Source: Hemiscyllium ocellatum
Taxonomy: Eukaryota
Direction of reading: 5' to 3'
NCBI RefSeq assembly: GCF_020745735.1
Contig: NC_083442.1
Location: 33,080,072-33,144,071 of the forward strand
Length of the DNA stretch: 64,000 bases
The notes under the pieces were generated by a model that worked only from the letters and a program-made list of their open reading frames with translations, was not told the DNA's origin and searched no databases. Shown in pieces: positions 60,148 through 64,000 of the stretch; the stretch's first letter is position 1, and the number at the start of each line of letters is the position of its first letter. The translations under genes and the position numbers were made by a program.

Positions 60148-62264
60148 CTGTACAGAAACACATTGCAGTCAATGGATTCCGTTCTCACCCTCCCGGCCTA
60201 TCAATCCCCTTGCCCCTGTTGTACCCTGGCTGCCCTTCAGTGAAAGACTACCAATATGTTTTTTACTTAACTTTTATTTCTAACAGACAGAACAGTAATG
60301 TATACAGAATTGGTGTTCTCCAAAAGCATGTCATATTTTCCTCACTGAAGATGATAACATTGGAGAAGGATGTATTTCAGTATCGAGGACACTTTACTGT
60401 AAAGATAGGAACATATAAGTAAGTGAGCTAAGTGGATAATATTGAGTTTAAAGTTATTAAGATTGAAACATAACAGATTTAAAACCGGAATTTCACCACA
60501 TTGATGTGTAGTGTAAGAACTGGGAATTACTACAATATTAAATGGTAACATAATACAATAATGGGCTACATCAAAGCTTGTTTCTAACAAAGCTATGGCC
60601 TGGAGAAGGCAATGATAGGAAATAAAAGTATGATGTGAAAAGCCATGATTTATCCTTCCTGGTTTGCAATCAGGTCAAATAACTGATTGGCCAAAAAATA
60701 TCAGATGATGTGCCCAAAAGAAAACAGATCAGAAAGAAAATGGTGCATGAAAGTTGCAGCATTTTCACTCAGCCAGAAAGGCATTTAACTGATAACAGCA
60801 TCCAGTGTGTAAATGTAAATTGAGAAGCCATTTTCACAGCTCCTTATTAAATCTGCACAGGTCAGCTTACAATGAGAGGCTGATGTGCACTACGTTCAAT
60901 GAGTCTTTAAAATCAATGTTGTAATTGCAACAGATGAAGTGAATCCACAGATATGCTAGAGACTTCAGCTTTTAGAATCTGTTAAAAGGGTGAAAAACAG
61001 CCAACATCTAGTACCTTGCTAAAATGTCCTTCCTTTGTGCATGTCTAGGCAGCAAGTATTGGCAACAAAGTCTGCCCTTGTTCTGGTTTAATGACTAAAC
61101 ACTTGCACTTGTCAACAGGGGTCACTAGAATGACATCTGGAGCAGGATGTTTCCTTTCATAATCCAATTCCCTTTCCAGGGGAAAAAGTGAAGATCTTTG
61201 GACTTATTTTCTTGGAGAGGTGATCTGATAGAAGTTGTCAAAATCATGAGGAGTCTGGACAGAGTGGATAGGGAGAAACTGTTCCCTCTCATAAAAGGAT
61301 TAAGAACTAGAGGGTATGGTTTTAAAATGTTTTACAAAAGAGGCAAATGTAAGGTAAGAAAAAATGATTTCATGCAGCAAGTAATTTAATGCACTGCCCT
61401 GATGTCTGGTGGAGGCAGGTTCAGGTCAGGCATTCAAGGGGCATTGGATGATTATTTAAATAGAAACAATGTGCAGTGTTATGGGGAAAGGCAGAAGATT
61501 GTCACTAAGTTAAAATGCTTAGTGGACAACCAATGCATACCCAAACGGCCCGCTTCTGCACCATAAAATTCTGTGATTTTAACACCCCAGCTGGGATTAC
61601 CACAGACAGGAACTGTCTGACCTTCATAATTTAATTGCTATTTATAGACAGAAATTAGGAAGAGTGTGCACCACAGCAAACTTGGGGCTTAGAATGAAGT
61701 TAAGAAGTATTGGCAGTAGTAGTATTGTATACTATTCATTTACCTGTTTCATGTTCAATATTTGTTCTCTAGCAGCTGAGCTGTGATCTGACAATGTAAT
61801 GAATTTCGCTAAGCCAGAGGTCAATGGAAAGGGCTCTCTCTTTGAACGCTTACCTATTTATTGGGTGGAAAGAGGCACATCAGGGCCACTTATAACAGCA
61901 GCTTCTTGCACTGAATCCAAGGACCATATTCAAAAATATAACACAGTTACAGGGTAGTGATTGAGAGCATGCTGCACCATTAGTGATTTCTGGCTAACAG
62001 GGCAACACTCCACATTCCCACCAGCACTACCGCTAAAAACAGCTAACTCAATGCTGACACAGATTGTACCCAGGGACCTGGTAAGGATGACTGTAACTTA
62101 CATCACACAGTGTATTCTCTCACCAAGATACTGCCTGGGGATGTTGAAACAAAAGTGCACTTTGCATATAACCTAGTCTGAAACAGATAACACAATTGCA
62201 CACTTAACACTCCACACACACATAGAAACAAAGACACATTGAGAATAACAGATCATTTTCTTAC

Positions 62265-62640
62265 CGGCGTTTAGTTTGGCACTTGGTGAACGAGGATAAG
62301 TCATTCGTAACTCTGAAGATCCTGTACTTCTTGACGTGACAACGGTTTCAAATGACATTTGTATAGGGTTTCCTGCCGTCCATGTCAGACCCCTGCGGAT
62401 GGGATAGCGATGGTTAAAGCGCTGAAGGGGGAGTCCAATTCCCAGACTGGGATTTCCCTTTTGACCAACGTGAACTGGAGCCTGGCCTCTAGGAGTCAGC
62501 AGTGTGGACCAGTTAATGGTAGATGGGTTGAGGATCCCCAGCTCGGACGCAGTATTCCTTTCGAAAGAGGATAAGGGACCAATGTATGTCAATCCTTCCA
62601 TCTCCTGGAAGGGTCTATATGAGGTTTGGTAAACCAGTGA
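62265..62640 (-). CDS. Internal 3' exon of the upstream gene, probably TTLL13/TTLL6-like tubulin polyglutamylase C-terminal region
   Basis: Strong polypyrimidine acceptor (tttctttaactttctag), open frame SLVYQTSYRPFQEMEG...RSPSAKLNA, donor GTAAGA; identity inferred only from the TTLL13-NGRN tandem order in mammals. Confidence 0.6.
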
Positions 62641-64000
62641 CTAGAAAGTTAAAGAAATACAGAAGATGAGTGATGACAAGACACAAACACAAGCTAGAAG
62701 AACCTTAAGCTAAACCTAGGCTGTCCGTATATATCCTGGTTATATGTACACACCTAAGCTTTAATCATGTTTTCTTGTCTGATTGCCTCACCATGAGAGT
62801 GCTAACTCAGACTGATATACAGTTCAAGATATACTTGCTGAGACAGATAGACTGCATATGGGGAGAATGGAGACCACTGGGATAGAGCAGGAAAGTAAGG
62901 TTGGTGTAGAAAATCAGCTGTGATTTTTATTGAATGGTGGAAGAAGCTTGAGGGGCAGCTTTCATTCCTATTTAATATGGTCTTGTGACTCACCACTAAT
63001 TTATCCAAGTCACTGTAACAGTGAGAATCACACGTTTATTTAAGCACCGAAGGGGCCAAGGTACATCCGATCATATGGTCTGATAATATGTGAGACACAG
63101 GAATTGTGACGAATTCGATACATTTTTCAAACACCTGCACCGGCCTAATGAGACAAATGGCCTTCTTCTGTCCTGTAAGGTTCTATTCTATATTAAAATG
63201 TACAGATAGCTGCTCAAACAGGAAATTCAGGCACCAGGCAGTGTGGGATTTTTGCTGGTCAGTCTCCTGCCTGAGCCTTGGTTGTTCCAGTCTGCAGCTG
63301 CACCCATTTTCAGCTTACAATCACAGAAACATTACAGCACAGTAGGCCATTTAGTCCATCTAAACCTGATGTTTCTACGCGAAAGGGATAGGAGTGGACA
63401 ATATAGCTGCTCGAGTCTGTTCCATCATTCAAAAAGATCATTTCTGATTGTCTACATCAACCCACCTTCCAGACTTCTCTCATTAACTCTAAATTTCCTT
63501 TGTGCCCAAACTATCCATTCCAACAGGAACATATTGAATTATATATTCTTACACTTTTATGGTCATGGTCCATTTGAAACACCTGAGAATCCTTGGGTAG
63601 ATCCATGCCACCAATCCTTCTTATTGGTATTGCTCTGAGTTACTGACACAAGAAGATTTGGCAGAAGGTAGGTCCAACATTGAAAATAGTAATGATAGCA
63701 AGTTACATTACAGCTAAAATACATGATGGTCTATTGTGAGATACCATACGCAACTTAAAAACAAGCACATAATATAGTTAGCATATTGCAACACTTGGAC
63801 ACACATTAATAAGTCATTAGAAAACTGGTTAGTTCCTCCTAGGAACAGTCTTTTATTTCCTTAAAAGCAGAGTTTATCTCACGATATCGATTCACCCTTT
63901 CAGGTACTAACTGCCTAATATTATAACTCTCCCAAGCTCTTTTTTTGCTTCATAAAATTCTTTATGCGACTGTTTCAAATAAGTAGGTTTACCACTACCT

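Overview
Eukaryotic, vertebrate DNA. The repeat content (HE1-type V-SINEs, SacSINE1/Deu-type SINEs, HER1/CR1-type LINEs) points to a cartilaginous fish, probably a shark. Four intron-containing genes lie in tandem on the minus strand: VPS33B (coding exons 1-22 traced at 31257->530, all GT-AG and in frame; the last exon is outside the window), HDDC3/MESH1 (4 coding exons, 180 aa, 40160->34669), NGRN/neugrin (3 coding exons, 309 aa, 51247->48583), and two 3' exons of an upstream gene (62640->59889), probably TTLL13/TTLL6-like by synteny. Introns and intergenic DNA are dense in retroelement remnants. Notable items: (1) a young Penelope-like element (RT + GIY-YIG) with inverted pseudo-LTR, 16-bp TSD and minimal hammerhead ribozymes, plus several families of short hammerhead-bearing elements with 13-17 bp TSDs; (2) a heavily decayed, apparently intronless CCDC88 (Girdin/Daple)-like fossil split by three later insertions (about 42.6-46.7 kb); (3) a 279-bp, about 98% identical inverted repeat in VPS33B intron 13; (4) a different tandem repeat starting just after the first coding-exon donor in each of the three complete gene starts. 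Homology calls come from recalled protein and repeat sequences, not from database searches.
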